DNA of 64,000 bases from Vicugna vicugna (lineage: Eukaryota). The notes under the pieces were generated by a model. That model was not told where the DNA came from. It worked only from the letters and a program-made list of their open reading frames with translations, and made no database searches. The stretch lies in NCBI GenBank assembly GCA_013265495.1, contig MU059829.1:3968001-4032000 (forward strand), written 5' to 3'. How positions within the stretch are numbered: position 1 is the stretch's first letter; every line of letters starts with the position of its first letter. The position numbers were made by a program, and so were the translations under genes. Below are positions 36,271 through 50,482 of this stretch, in pieces.

Positions 36271-36776
36271 ATTCTCTCCCTTTGATTTTCAGGAAGATCG
36301 GAGCCAGGCCTGACGCCAGTGGTATTACCTACTTCAGTCCCTGGTATTTCAGTTCAGTCCTGACAGTAAAATACAAAGCCCGAAGTATTTCTAAAATCTC
36401 ACCCTAGTCTCTGTGATGCAGCTGTTCACGGTTCTGTTCCTGCCCCCCATCACCATTTCCACGTGTCGTGTCTGCTGGGACAGGGTTTCCACTGCACCTC
36501 CTTCTCACGGCCCCCGGGGGACGGTCCAGCGGCTAAGGCACCTCACATGGCACCAGGGAGACCTGTCGTCCTGCCCACCCTCTGCCCTTGTCCCCGAACC
36601 CTGCAGCCTCTTGGCTTTGGCTGCACATTTGGATCGTCCCCAAAGCTAGGTCGCCCCCTCTGTCCACTGCAGGCTGCACGGACAGGTGCCTCTAGCGGGC
36701 AGGAGAGCAGTGAGGGTGGAGGGGTGAGCGCTCGGCGTGGCTGCAAGGGGCCGAGGGGATCTGAGGGTCCACTCAC

Positions 36777-36868
36777 CATGTTCTGCTGGCAAAGCCAATA
36801 AAACTGCTGGAACTTCTGGGACATCAGAAGCTGGGCACTCCCGACAGCACTCCTGATTTTACCGAGAA
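36777..36868 (-). CDS. DLGAP2: DLGAP2 coding exon (GH1/GKAP domain)
   Basis: 92 nt, phase 1/0: (I)LGKIRSAVGSAQLLMSQKFQQFYWLCQQNM; ttttttttaaacAG acceptor, ATG|GTGAGT donor. Confidence 0.97.
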
Positions 36869-38644
36869 CTGTTTAAAAAAAACACAGGTTCAAAACTGGG
36901 TCCACCAAAACACGAAAGCAAAAGCGTCACACAAGGGGTGGGCCCCAGACGGCAGGCAGAGGCCGTGGCTCTGTCGTTCCATCCGGAGGCCGAAACGGGG
37001 AGTTTACTTTGGGGAGCGTGGCCACTGACTCAGTTTTCCTCCCATCTGCCCCGTTCCCAGTGCACGGAAGGAGGTCGAAGACGACCAGATGCCTTCTCTC
37101 AGGCCACTGCCGTGCTGGGGACATTCAGCCTGGGGACTGTCTACGCTGCGGAAGTTCTCGCTTGAGGCGTCAAGATGATTTTAGTGCTGACATTCGATGA
37201 GCTAGGAGACACCAAAGCGCAGAGTAGGGGGGAAGCGCACCTGCCACCTCCGGGTGCCCCGCACGCCCATCGCCCTGCCCGGGCCCCTGGCCAGCGTGAA
37301 TGGCTTCGGTGGATCCCAGCTCCCGTGACTCTCAAGAGCACTCGGGAGTCTGTGGGAAAGCTTTTCTTGCCACTCGGCCCAGGGCCCGTTTATCTCTGAG
37401 TCTTCACTTGCCTCAACGACAGCTCAGAAGCCATTCCACCGAGTCACAGCCTCCACCTGCGTGGGCAGAGCAGGTCACTCCACCCGCTCAATTTCCTCTC
37501 TCCCTGGGGGCCCCCTCGAGACTGCTCGCAGGACACAGCTAACACCTGGCCACACGGACACCCTGAAACCCAAGGCGGGGCCCGTTGACTAGTCCGGCCC
37601 ACCCCCTCAGGCTCCCCCACAAAGAGCCGGGCAGGCCTGCCTCCCACGCCCGGAGGAAAGTCGCAGGCTGTCCGTCACGGGGCAGAGACACTCAGCGTCA
37701 CTCCCAGGACACCCCCGAGCTCACGGGTGGTCTACGCCGGGGCGGCCCGTCTGCGTCCTGGAGGCCTGGTCTGGAGTGGAGCCCAGAGGGACTGGATCCA
37801 TAAGCACCTGGGTCGCCTGGGGGCCTGAGGGGGTCTGCGGTGGGGCCTGAGACTGGACTTCTCACAAGCACCCGGGGAGGCGTTGCACTGGACCACCGCG
37901 GCCTGAGCGTGTCCACAGGCCCAAGCCCACGTCCAGAGAAGCAAACTGTTCCGCTAGCATCCTCCCCCATTTCCCCAAACACCCGTCACTGCAGTGGGCG
38001 CCTTCCAAAACAACGGCTCGCGGCTCCTGCAACACGCGCTGGAGTCACACGCACGCACCAGAGCCTCTGGGTCCCGACAGCCCAGCCACGCTGCTGCCGG
38101 GACCCGCCCACGACCTCCCTCCAAGGGCGTGGGAGTGGCAGACAGCCACAGACCAGACAGTGACCAGGTGTCCATGTGCTCAAACTGACGTCCCAGAAAC
38201 AGACCTGCTGCCATGAAGGGGACAGGGGGGGCGTCCCAACGTGACAGAAGGTGACCACGAGCCGGGAGGTGGCGCGGCACACACAGCTCCGGCATGGCTT
38301 CCTCCCGCGTCAGGCTGCTCAGGCTGCCTGTGGTCTCACCCGCCTGCAGTGGACCCAGGGTCTTGTTCCCCAGTTTTATGATGACACATTTCACACACAG
38401 AGAATTTGCAAGGAGTGTCAGGAGCACCGTCCCCCCATCGCTGGGGGTCAGCGTTCTGCACTGGGCTTCCTGACCCCCTTGTGAACACGGGGCAGCCGGC
38501 GCCTCACCTGCCGTCACCCTGGGCAACCACGCGCCCTTGGAGCTCTGAGAAATGAGTGAGTCCCCATTAGCACCTAATTCTGGGTCACCTCTAAAATATT
38601 AAGGAGTTAAAAATATACAATTTTTTAAAAACAGAAATTAAAGA

Positions 38645-38768
38645 TTTTGGGGGAAGATCATTAGATTTAAAAAAAAATTTACTTATCTTTAATGGAGGTG
38701 CTGGGGATGGAACCCAGGACTGCGTGCCTGCTACGCATGCGTTCTACCACTGAGCCACACCCTCCCCC
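38645..38768 (-). mobile_element. Camelid tRNA-derived SINE (vic-1-like)
   Basis: ggaggtgctggggatggaacccaggac...gcgttctaccactgagccacaccctccccc. Confidence 0.85.
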
Positions 38769-41266
38769 CTGTGATATGCAACTTTTAATCCAAGTGAATT
38801 AACAGGGTGACACTCGGCATCCTTTCAGACTCAGGGGAAAAAGAATGTTGTGTTGTACGTCTCGACCCCTGGGCCCTGGTGTCTGCTGTCAACCCACTTC
38901 AAGGGGGCTCGCGTCCCTGGGGCCCTCCCGGTCCTGCTCACCACCTCCCTGGATGTGCGTGCCAGCCTGGCGGTGGGGAGGGAGGGGAGGGTCCCGGAGG
39001 AGGAGAGGGTGGGTGTGTGAGCACGCAGAGAGGAGGGGCAGGTGGGGAGGGGGCAGTGGGGGCAGAGGCATCCTGGAAGGACCGAGACCCCTCCCTTTGT
39101 TCACAGTTCCATCTCCAAATGGAACACGTTTCTGCAGCTCTCTCCCCTTTCAGGAGACGCACTTCAATCAAGGTGTCACTGCAGGCAGGTACAGAAGTGA
39201 CTCGTCAATGCCCTTCTCTGTGCTGAACCTGTGCTCTCAAAGGGCAACTGAAAAGTCAATTGGGTTTTACCCACTGGAAGTTCTAATCTCGAATTTTAAT
39301 CTTCTTTTTAAAACGGGCTTCGACAGAAGTATTAATACACAGTTCTTCAGTGTACAGTCTTCAGCACAACGTGGGTAGGTGGGCGGCACGTGGTGCTGAT
39401 TTCATGCAGCTGAGCATTGTTGTCAAGGGAGTAAACTGAGTATCGCCACAGAATGAATGGCAGGTGCAGCTGGTGACGTGGCTGCTCGCGGCAGGAGCCA
39501 CCGCAGGGCGTGATTCTCTCCGATCCCTATAACGTAAACAGCTTCCTATAATCGCAAAGAATTTGAAGGGAAGATTCAGTTTATTCTTTTCCACCCTCCT
39601 CCCCTGATTTTGTCAGAGTTTAGATACTTCCTTCCAGGAGCTGCAGACGAGGACTCCGGCTCGTCAGAAGCAAATTTACTAAGAACCTGAGACACCCCTT
39701 GCCACTGATGGACAAAGGCATTTGATTAACTTTCTTGCCCCTTCAGTTTATCTTTCCCGCATCTGCTGCCGTTCCCAGCACTGTGTAAATTCGCTACGCA
39801 GGCCAGGCCGACCCGGGCACGACTCTTTTCCTTCAGACTTGGAGCAGGGTTTCTGGAGACTCCGCAGGTGGTCTGCAGAGACGCAACCCCTCGGGCCTCC
39901 TGGGACTGCCTCCCCGACTCTGTGGTGCAGGCTGCCCGCGGGGAAACGGCTGTTTCCACAAACCTCGCCCCTCGAGGTCTCAAGCCTGATCACGTTCGTT
40001 TTCTCTTGAGCCGCGTTCCTTTTCACGCTCTGGCTTTCCCGTGGCCACTGGGCGGCTGGGACGCGTGGGGCCTCCCTTGGACGCGCGCCGCCGGAGCCCG
40101 ACACCACGGCTGGCTCGTGGGTCCCGTCGGAGGTCTGGATGCGGTGGCCGTCCAGGAGCTGCAGGACAGGTCAGAGTCCCGATGGCTGGTCACACCGCTG
40201 TGCGCAGGGCGTCTGCTGTGCTCGGAACGACCGCGAGTCTGTTCTTGAACGCGGCGTCCGCTCTGTGGACGGGAGGCTCCTGGGCGAAGTGCAGACACGG
40301 GCAGTCTCCCTGCGGGCTGGGTCTGCCTGTCCCCGGCGTTTTGATGTGGTCCACGAATCCTCAGGGTCACTTCACCGCACAGCTGGCTGAGCCGGGTGCT
40401 TCTCCATCCAGAGGCCGCCGCACCTCTGCACCGAAGGAGGCTGACCTCTCACCCCAACTCCTACGTGAATACGACTGAAGCGGGGCCCTCACTCACTTGT
40501 CAGTCAGAGGAGGCCCTGAGATGAGGGCGTCACCAAGGCCCCCACCTGACCGGGGGGCGCTCGCATCGTTAGCTCCGTGGGCAGGGCTGTGTCGGGGGCG
40601 AGAGGCCCTCCCAGCTCCTCTCAGAGACCCCACTGCCGAGTCCTCACGGCGCTCATGCTTCGATGAACTTGGATGAGCTCTTTGTGGCTCTGGAACAATG
40701 TGTTTTACTTCAGAAAACACATACTTTTTTTGGTTTGACTTTGTGTCACTTACCCACTTGTTTAACAAAATTAATGTAAACCCCCAGCACCCGTCTAGGG
40801 CGGCCGACGTCCCTCCAGCTCCAGAATCCTCCTGTTTGTGTGTCAGCAAGAGGAAGCTCTTACAGGACTTGCACTGGCGTTCCCTGAGCTCACCAACCGC
40901 AGAGAGCAGAGTGAATCTAAATCCGTTCAACCAACTCAGTGACCTGTGCTCATAAAATGACAGCGTGGGAGACAAGTCCCCTCCCGTAATGGAAGCGCCC
41001 ACGTTCCGGGCTCAGGGTTTTGCTCCAACAGCCACTGAATTTAATCTTCACCTTAAAATGGCCGCAGCCAGTGCCCTGTGTCTGCTCTTTAGTCTGGGGC
41101 TAGAACTGAAGGTCAGCCTCCCTTGCGAACACCACCAGGGAAACATCTGAACCGAATACCAAGGTACCGGTTCACGAGCCGAGCGTACGGCTGAGACACG
41201 TAACGCCTGCTCTGTCATCTCTGACTCCAAAAAAGATAAAACTGGGCAATTTAGGAAAGAAATTAA

Positions 41267-41365
41267 GGGGAGGGGCAGAGCTCAGCGGCAGAGTGTGTGC
41301 TTAGCATGTGCGAGGTCCTGGGGACCCTCCATTAAAATAATCTCCAGTCCCGCCATCAAAAAAAA
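41267..41365 (+). mobile_element. Camelid tRNA-derived SINE (vic-1-like) with internal deletion
   Basis: ggggaggggcagagctcagcggcagagtgtgtgcttagcatgtgcgaggtcctggg...A-tail; TSD aaattaagg at 41260-41268 and 41364-41372. Confidence 0.85.
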
Positions 41366-42689
41366 ATTAAGGCAGCCACAAAAGGGGCAAGCAGCTGTGT
41401 CCTCGGCTCTTTGTGCCCGAGGTGCAGAGACGCAGTGACATGTACTTACTAAACGGTGCTGGGAAAGACTCAGGTGGAGTCAGAATCGTCAAGCTGGTGT
41501 CTGTGGAGCGGGGACCGCAGGGCCCCCAGCCTGACGAGGGCGACCGCGGGGAGTTCAGAGGAGGACAGAGCCAGGGGACGCCGAGAGGTCGGAGCCCGGC
41601 CCCTCCCACGGCAGGCGCACAGTCCGTGCTGCGTGAAGGACACCGAAGGAGGGTCCGGGTGGGCCCCCCACCCAGCTCCCTGCCTCTGCCCGTGCCCTCG
41701 ACGCTCCTCCCTCCTCACCTTCCCTCCCTCCTCACCTTCCCTCCTCCCTCCTCGCCCGCCTGTGGGACCTAGTCCACCTCCCCTCCAAGGTCCAGTGCAG
41801 ACCCCACCACCGCCACGAAGCCCCTCAGGTCTCCTTGAAAGCCTCCCCCAGACCTCGGGGGCTGGAGGCTTTTCCCTGCACTGCTCTCATCACAGGTAAC
41901 GTCTCTCCCTCGCTGTGAGTGGCCTTGCCCCGGGCTTCCTTCACCGGCCGCACGCTGCCGCGGCTTCTGTCGCTCACTTGTCCCCTCCTGCAGCAGCCAG
42001 CAGCCTGAGGAAGGCTCGGGGTGCGTGTTCGGCAAATGCTGCTGGGTGTTTACGGGACAGAAGGAGTCCAGAGGAAGAGCCCAGAGGCTCAGAAAGGACC
42101 TTGAAAACTAGCTTAGGGACTACAAGGGAGGGACAGGAGCAGTTCCCTTTCCGCTCTGCCTCGCAGAAGGAAAACTGTGCTCTCCAGACGCCGACCAATA
42201 GGGCGCCTGCAATTCAGACACTACGTCCTGAGACAACGGAAGCTCGCTGGTTTGGGTCGTTGCAGATCGTCAAATCCAATTTCGTGCACAGCACATTTAC
42301 GGCGTCACCTCGCATTTTCTTGAACGCCCCCAGTGACGAGAAAACCATGACTTGTCACGACAGAGCTTCGGTACCTCGGAACTCCCAGTGGCGGCGGCGT
42401 GGTCACCCAGGCAGGCCTTCCTCCTCTGAGGGCTCCGCTCTGAACCCCAAGTGGGCGTCAGGGTGAAGCGAAGGGCCAGGGGTGGGCCTCAGCGTTTCCC
42501 GAAGCAGCCGCGGCGACAGTGCACAGGGCACGAGAGGAGGGGCTGCGTGGGGAGAACGTCCCCAGAGAGGGAACGTTTGACTTAGTGACATCAGCACAGC
42601 GTTCAGCAAAAGACAGCTCTGACTCTGAGCCCTGATTCCACCGCTACCTCTGCAGGACGTGGGGCAAGGTTTCACCCTCTCTGACCCTC

Positions 42690-42820
42690 CGTCTCTTCTT
42701 CCCTACGATGGTGACAACACTTTCTGGGGGTCACATTATGAGGCGCCATCGAAGGGGTAAGTAGTGCCCTGAGCACAGCGTGTGGCACAGGGCAAGCGTC
42801 CAGTAGGTGCTGGCTTGGAG
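42690..42820 (+). mobile_element. MIR 3' fragment
   Basis: gtgccctgagcacagcgtgtggcacagggcaagcgtccagtaggtgctggct matches the recalled MIR 3' end. Confidence 0.55.
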
Positions 42821-44587
42821 ACTTCTTTAAAAAATCTTGACAAAATAATAATCCTTGAAAAAATAAAACCTCAATTAAAGGTACACAACAAATATGGAAA
42901 ATCACGGAAGGCAGGCTGTGCTCTGTGCTGTGTCACCAACACCGCAGGCACGATGCCCCCACCTCGTCCACACACAGCGGGAGAGCGGAACCTCCGGACG
43001 TGTCCTGAACAGCGCATGTTCAAGTGAAGGCAGGATAAAAGGCCGGCGGCGTGCCGTGGGGCCACGACCTGACACTTCGAGCTCTTGCTGGACTTTCCCC
43101 ATAGCCTCCCCTTCAAAGGCAGCTCAGTGAGGAGCCACGGGGCGGAGGGAGTGCGACCTGACTGGCGGCCCCAGGCCGCACGGCCTGGGAGGGGACGTGT
43201 AGTTCACCTTCCGTTTCAGCTCGGGGCGCTCGGTGTGCTGTGTTTCATCGTGTGATCAGGACGATACGTCCCTGTTGCAACGCGAGCGGTGCTGACAACC
43301 TGAAGCCCTGCTGACCGGTGAAAAAATGCTGTGGGAGACAAGTGGGTTTCAAAGGTCTGAATGTGAGCAGTGCCCGCTTGCCATGCCCTGGACGGACATG
43401 GCGCTCGCGGACCGACTGTGAGCAGCCTGCTCCTGCCACCTGCCGCCTGCCGGCCTCACACAGCGATGCGGGCGCAGCCAAAGGCCTTGCCCCGGCTGCA
43501 CGACCCCAGGTCCTCAGTGTCTAATGTCAATTCGGGTGACGCAGATGTGGCAGCTGATGACCAAGAGGACAAGGCGGGGGGCAGAGTTGGGGACTTAAAG
43601 GCCACCTCTCCTCTTCCCACATTAACACCCTGAGTTCCCACCTCCAAAGACAGATGCACCGATCACTTTCTCAGCCTCCCCGGGTCCCAGGGCCCCTGCG
43701 CTCTGTGAGTTTCGGTCTTTTTCATTTCACCCTGAGCTTCCTGTCCGAGGGTCAGCGGCACGTTCTGTCACAGCCGTGTGCAGGCATGTGGAAATGCCCA
43801 AGGACACGGGCTGCCCTCCTGAGCTCCAGAGCTCACAGCGGTCCAGCAAACGCACCAAGGGCTTCGTGGGAAAAGAAAGCAACTCAAGAGAGCATGCTCT
43901 GTCAGGGGAGACGGTCGGAACTGCCTCTGCGACACTATCGGTGAAGACCAGCGTTAGCTCTGAGTGTGCGGCAGTCACCCTCGTGGCCGTCTCGGTCGGC
44001 AGCAATTCATAAAGGGCGCTGCTCTGGGCCATCCTGATGGCAAGTTTCTCCAGGGACCTGGAGGTGGTGCCTTTCCAGAGGGGCCGAGACCCCCGGCCAT
44101 AAAGGGGAAGCTCGGTGGGGAAGCCACGGCCCCCATGCAGCCCGGGGACCGGGAGCTGGGAGCACCCCAGCCCAGCTGACGGGCCGGCCGTCAGGGGCTC
44201 CAGCTTCTCTTTGGCATAAAGCCAGAGCAACGTCTTATGAACACGGTTGGCAGTGAGTCTAGGAAATGGCTGAAACGCTCCAAGTCAAGTCATTGCCAGA
44301 ACTGAAGAGAACTGGCACACGGAACAGGAGACAGCCCATCCCACCAAGAACACTGTTCCCACAGCCGAGCCCGCTGTCAGCAAAACAAAGCAAAGCAAAG
44401 CAAAGCACAGGAGGAGCCCGCGACAGCGGAGCGGCTGCCGTCCTTCCTGGACCTGGTGGGGCGTGGCCGGACACACACTCACTTAAGGGACTCGAGGATC
44501 AAGGGGCCTGTCCGGCGGCCTGGTCGTGCGCCCGCTCTACCGAGACACCGCTGGCGTCTGCCCGGCACAGGGGCCCTGGGGCCTTAC

Positions 44588-45003
44588 TTTCCTCTGAGAG
44601 GTCGTTTTCTTCGGCCTCCCTCTCCATCTCCTTGCACCAGCCCTCCATCCGCTTCGTCTCCGTGTGCAGCAGCTTCAGAAACCACGAGCCGTCCCTGCGG
44701 CATGGTGACATGCGGCCGCTGTCCACCGACTCGAGGGAAGCCTCCAGCCAGGGGTCGGCGGGGGGCAGGCTCGCCGCGTCCACCGGGGCCCTGTAGTCCT
44801 CCCGGTAACTGAAGAGCCCCTGGGTCCGGACGGTCCGGACCGCTCCGTACTGGGTGGGGGTGCTGGGCTCCGAGTGCCTCTGGAAGGAGGACCCGAACTG
44901 CAGGCCTTTGTCCTCCGTGGCGACGTGTCCCGGGAAGCCCTCCAGCTCCAGGTCCGCCTGCACGCCGGCCGTCACGCTGTTGGAGCGCTTGAAACGTCCG
45001 TGT
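44588..45003 (-). CDS. DLGAP2: DLGAP2 coding exon
   Basis: 416 nt, phase 2/1: (R)HGRFKRSNSVTAGVQADLELEG...RRDGSWFLKLLHTETKRMEGWCKEMEREAEENDLSEE; donor A|GTAAGG. Confidence 0.97.
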
Positions 45004-46521
45004 CTGCAAAGGAGGGAAGGGAGACAGATGGGAGCCTCTCCGTGCTGCCCTCTCGGGACGAAACCCGAGCACACAGGCGAGGAGCCGCCCGAACCGCCGG
45101 CCACCAGCTCGAGGGGAGATGCCTCACGCGGCTGTGTTACCAGCGTTCTGTGGTCTCGCCTGTGAAGGGCCACCTGGTTTTGCAGACAACCAGCCTCTGC
45201 CATCTGCCTGTCAGTGTCGGAACAACGCCCACGTGAGGCTGGAGTTTACTGCAGGACACAGTGAAGGCTAACGTGGCCCAGGACACCACCATCCGCCTCA
45301 GAAACGCACTACAAGCTCACGTACTTCTGTGGCTGCGTGTGTGTAAAACAACCGTGCATCTCTCACAGATGCCATTCCTTAACGCAATGGCATTGGTCTC
45401 TCTGAGTCTGGGTGACCTGTCACACACCTTTCAGGACATGGCTTCCTCCCCTGTCTGAACAACATGCTACCATCCTGATTACGTCTTTTACGCAGAATAA
45501 TGCATCCAAACTCCAGCTTCAGCAGGTGTCTCACACACACTCTCATCACACGTATTCGAACGTCACCAGCAGTCACCCATCCACGCAGCCAGTTACTGCG
45601 CTGCTGGCAGGGACGAGCCTGTGACTGGCGTCCAGGTCTTGCAGGGTGGGAACCGTGTGTGCGTGTGTGTCTGCACCCCCGGCCCCTCGCCAGCTGGGCC
45701 CCGGCTGGCACCCAGCTGTCAGTGCAGCTGGTAGAGGGCCTGTCACGATCTCCGTCGCAGGAGCAGAGGAGACGAGAGCACCCCGCCCCAGCACCGGGGG
45801 GTACGGGGACGGCGGGCAGCAAGCCCAGACCCCCAGGCGCAGGAGACGCTGGGTGCTGAGGGGGCCACGCCCTGGGGACGCCACTGGGTTGTGTCCTGGA
45901 TTCCTGTGCAATGAAAATCTTCGGGGGTTGGTCCTGAGCCTTCCACTGAGAGCAAATCGCTGGGGCGTCACCAATCAGACGCTAACTGGAGATGCAGATG
46001 CAATGCGCTCATCAAAGTGTGTTTTTATGAAGTTTACAAGATGCGCTATTTTAAATATAAAATAAAGTGAGCACCCACTCCTGTCACAACACAACGCCCT
46101 GGCGCGGACCTCCCTGTGCTCTGCAGTTGGAGGGGCTCTTCTGAAGTGTGGCCGTCCCGGCACAGCTAAGCTTTACCCTTCTTTCAACCTCCTGGTCTGT
46201 CTGTCTGTCTGTCTTTCTTTCCACTTCTAACATTATACGCTGAGAAACAAGGACTGTGACCCTCCGAGCTGCCAACCACGGTGCTCTCATAGGCGGCAAA
46301 TTACTTCACAGAACACGGTCCCCACGCCGTTGGCAAAAACAAGGCGCAGAAGGATGCTAACTCGTACCGCACGGCAGACATGGCACAGTGTAAACACACG
46401 GCCCTGCTTCCACCAGCGGCACGACTGCCGATGGCCGGCGCGGTCCAGACACTTGCCGTGGGTTTTTAGCCCACGGCTGTGCTGGGGAGACGCCGGGTAC
46501 TTCGAGGGGCTGGACTCTCAC

Positions 46522-46607
46522 CGCTTCTCGTCCTCCACCTGCACGCCGATGGAGTGGTACTCCCGCAGACCTCGGCTCTCCGTGTCAGAGTCCGTGGCTG
46601 TCTCCAC
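46522..46607 (-). CDS. DLGAP2: DLGAP2 coding exon (contains LC8 motif SIGVQVE)
   Basis: 86 nt, phase 0/2: VETATDSDTESRGLREYHSIGVQVEDEK(R); donor CG|GTGAGA. Confidence 0.95.
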
Positions 46608-49600
46608 CTGGTTCAACACAGAACATCTTATTTTAGACCCGAGACATGGGACCTGGGCCAGGGACTGTTTGGTGTGTGTGAGTTCATTTGCTGTAATTAA
46701 TTATGCATTTGTTTGATTAACGCAGAGATGCACTCGACCCAGTAAAATCACAGGGAGGGACGTGCATTCACACCGGTGCAATTACGTTAGCACCGTGTCC
46801 GGTCGAATTCTGCATCACTACTTGAACTCAACCGCACTTCAGCCTTTCAAATGTATGCAAGTAAGATGGCTTAGTTCAGCCGGGGCAGACAGAGGCTCTG
46901 CTGGATCGCAGTGTTAGAGGACGGGAAAGCTCCTGTCACATCGCACGGGAAGGAAGGCAGGCGCAGCGGGAACCAGACGCAGCTGACGACAGCGCGGAAG
47001 CGCTCTGATGGACGTGGGCTGACGGCTGCGTCCACGCACAGGAACACACAGAAGGCGCTAAGCGTTGACCAGGAACGCCGAGGCAGCCTCTCCACCTGCT
47101 GCACCCAGAGCTGACTCCCGTCTGCTGACAGGACGCTGCCCAGGGCAGCGGGACGTCAGAGCAGAGCAGGGGCCACGCATCCCACACGGAACCCTCACTG
47201 CGGCTGTCTGCCGACGAGCCTCCGCAAACCCCGGAAGCACTGTGACGAAAGTTAACGAAAAGTTAACGCACGAGAGAATGCCAGCAGCATGCACTTCCTA
47301 AAAAACCCACAGAAACTACGAAAGCCAAAACGAAACTCTCAGTGTGAGGGTCTGCAAAACCAAAGGCTACTTTCGTCACAGACGTTAGCCCGGCTACTTG
47401 ACTGGCCCTTTCCTGCTGCATCAGAAGGACTTGGGACCCCAGTCCGAAAATGCCAGAACTAAGCTGTAAAACACACCCCTTCTTAGGCGTGAGCGCTACA
47501 CGGGTAAGACAGAAACCACTGCTGAATACTTGCGACACTGCCCCTGCGAGCCGAGAGAGAAAAGGGCGCTTTACAGACGTGACTGTGATCTGGGCTGCCC
47601 ACGGCCGAGCCTCTGTCGCTGGGGGCTGGCTCGCTCTGTGCGGAGTAGAAGTCTCCACACTAAGTACTGGTATCTATTTTCCACTCACCACGCCCCGGGC
47701 GCGATGCTAACAGAACAAACACTTCTGCTCCTGGCGCCCACGACTCCCCTGCTGTCCTTTCCAGCCACATCGAACACTCGAGGAATCAGAGAAGGTGACT
47801 AAGTTGCCCAGGGGTGCGCAGCTCGTTGGGGGCAGAGCCAGGACTCACGTCCGGTTCTCTGTGGCCACAGAGCCCTGCTCTGCCCTGACCCGGGGACCAG
47901 AGTCAGTGTGGCCACGTGGAGACTGCAGCTGCCCATTAGCTGCTGAACTGTGAGCAGTGGCCGGGGGCGCCTGCTGTTCGCTGGGGTAATTCTGAAAACG
48001 CACAGAAGCCTGGTTTGGCAACTGGAAGAGGAAACAGGGTGGCTCCAGGCAGAAGGACGCCTGAACACAATTCCCACCACTGCCTTCCAGTCTCAAGCGG
48101 CCGTGGCTTGCACAGACGACCCGGCTGGACGTGGAGACTGCTGCTGTTACTGTTTTAGACAACAGGGTTGTGACTAAAATTAACATTGTTTTATTGCTAC
48201 TAGTAAAATTAACACAATTAAAATTATAATCAATAAAATTAAAAATGTCCCACGCCAGTGTGGGTGGAGCCGCCCTCCACCTGATGGATGAAACCCGACC
48301 TGTTCGGTCAGCCTTCAGCGGAGGGACAGTTCGGACACGGCTGGTCCGCTGTCCTTGTAAGCGGCGCTGCGAGACGTGGGTGTCTGCACAGGCGCGTGCC
48401 TCCGAGACGCCTCCCAGCCCACGAGGTTGCTGGGTCAAAGGCGTTCCACTTTGCAGGTCTGGGAGACATTGTCAGATTTGACAGATACACAATATGGGTG
48501 AAATCAACTCATTTGTATAGTTTTAGACAGATGTTTTTCTTCTAAAAATGTTCAGAATATTTGCGTCACTTACTCCACTTTTAGGATTCTAGTCTAAAGA
48601 GGTTACCTTAGATTCTGACAAAGTATAAGGTGAAACGGGGAGAACAGGAGGGTGTAGAGTAAGTTCTGATTTAGTCACGACACAGAATCGCTGTGCAGTT
48701 GTGCAGACGATGGCTACAGGATTTCACCACAAAGATGCTCACGATACGATGAGGAGTGAAGAACGCACATGAGCAGGTGGCGCAGTGACCGAACACACAC
48801 AGAACACACGCGTCCACACAGATCCAGAAGCACACCCCAAAGGCACTGAAAGTCCAACCCAAACACAGCGAACGAGAGAAAGAGCTCCTGGAGCCAGCCA
48901 GGCGCTGCCCCTGCCGGCTGTGTGGCACGCGGCTGCGCCTCGTACGTCTTCTTCCTCATCTCAGAAATGAGGGAACATCGAACAGCTGGTTTGACTGATG
49001 CAAAACTCTCCGTGTGAGGCCAGATTCAGGCGTGTTTCTCCACAGCCAGCATCGCGCTCTGCCCCCACCTCCACTTCTACGACCATCAGGTGCAGTAACA
49101 GTGATGTGAAATTCGAGGAATGTACATCTAATGAATTTTACAGATGTTAGTTACAGTGGTTGTCGTGGAAAAACGAAACCTTCTGTTTCTCAGAAGGTAA
49201 TGGTGGAGGGGACACGAGAAAATTCTAAGTCCAGGAAGAGCTCGATGTTTATCAACTTCAGAAATCCGGGGAGACCTTTATAGAGATGCGGGGAAAAAAG
49301 CAAATTTAGGACCATGGAAAGGAATTACTATTTTGCACACTGGAAGGGAAATCCAAGGAGTCTTTTCCCAGAAAATTCTGGCTAGAAGCGTAAATAGATT
49401 GTCAAAGTTTCGCGAAATATATGCATATATTCACTTTTACAGGACCCGCGGCGCTCCAGGCACTGAGAGGAAAGTGAAATCAGCAAAACCACTGTCTTTT
49501 CAGCGAACTCCACGCAGAGCAAGTGCTGTGCTCAGGGACCCTGGTGTACAGGACGTCGCCCGGGGCAGCAGTGGCTCCTTCACAGAGGAGTGTTCAGACC

Positions 49601-49699
49601 AGAAGCCCTGCCTCACTCACAGAGGGACTGACCCTGAGCTGCCGCGTGAGGAGGGGGCAGGGACGGTCCTAAAGTGCTCCGTCTAAGAAACGAGGAGTT

Positions 49700-50005
49700 T
49701 GGTGTGACTGGAGTGTTTGTGTGCGCGCGCACGTGTGTGGTACTTTAGTGCATGCACGTGTGTGAGTGTGCCTGTATGTGCATGTGTGCACACGCGAGAG
49801 CGTGTGTGTACTGTGCACGTGTGAGTGTGCACTCGTGTGCACACGCGAGAGCATGAGCATGTGTGCATGTATGCGTGTGCACGTCAGTGCACATGTGTGC
49901 GTGTTCAGGTGTGAGCGCACTCGTGTGCACGCACATGTATGAACACACACGTGCATGTGCGCATGCGCTGCACGGGCACACCCGTGTGTGCACGTGTGTG
50001 TGGGT
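49700..50005. repeat. Alternating purine-pyrimidine (GT/GC/AC) tract
   Basis: gtgtgcac/gcatgt/gcacacgc units over about 300 bp. Confidence 0.9.
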
Positions 50006-50482
50006 CCGGCTTTGTGGGCAGTCAGGGCTGACGGCCGCAGGGGGAGGGGTCAGGGAGAAGGAAGCCGGCGGGGGCTGCAGCCAGCACTACTTGCTGGAGC
50101 CCCGATCTCAAATGCCTGCCCTCAGCTGCACTCATCTGAGGATCTGCCCTCAAAGCCTCGCACCCAGCAGGGCAGGTGTGCCTCTTCCAGCACAGGCGCC
50201 GCACCTCCCTCAGGACCTGTCCTAAGGCTGGCCCTGCTGTTGTGGGTGCTGAGGGCCCCGTGTCAGCCGATGCGGATCAGGGGGGTCAGGCTGAACCCGC
50301 GGGACCCCGCAGAGCACATTTAAACCAGTGATGACCAGGCTTTTGTGGGCTACCACCTGGTGACCTCCCAGAGTGGGAACTGCTTCCACTTTAGAGGTGG
50401 GGTGACTGAGGTCGAGGGGACTGAAGGGTCCTGAACAGAAAAGCAAACACAGCATCTGGAAACAGGAGACGTTTCAATAGAG

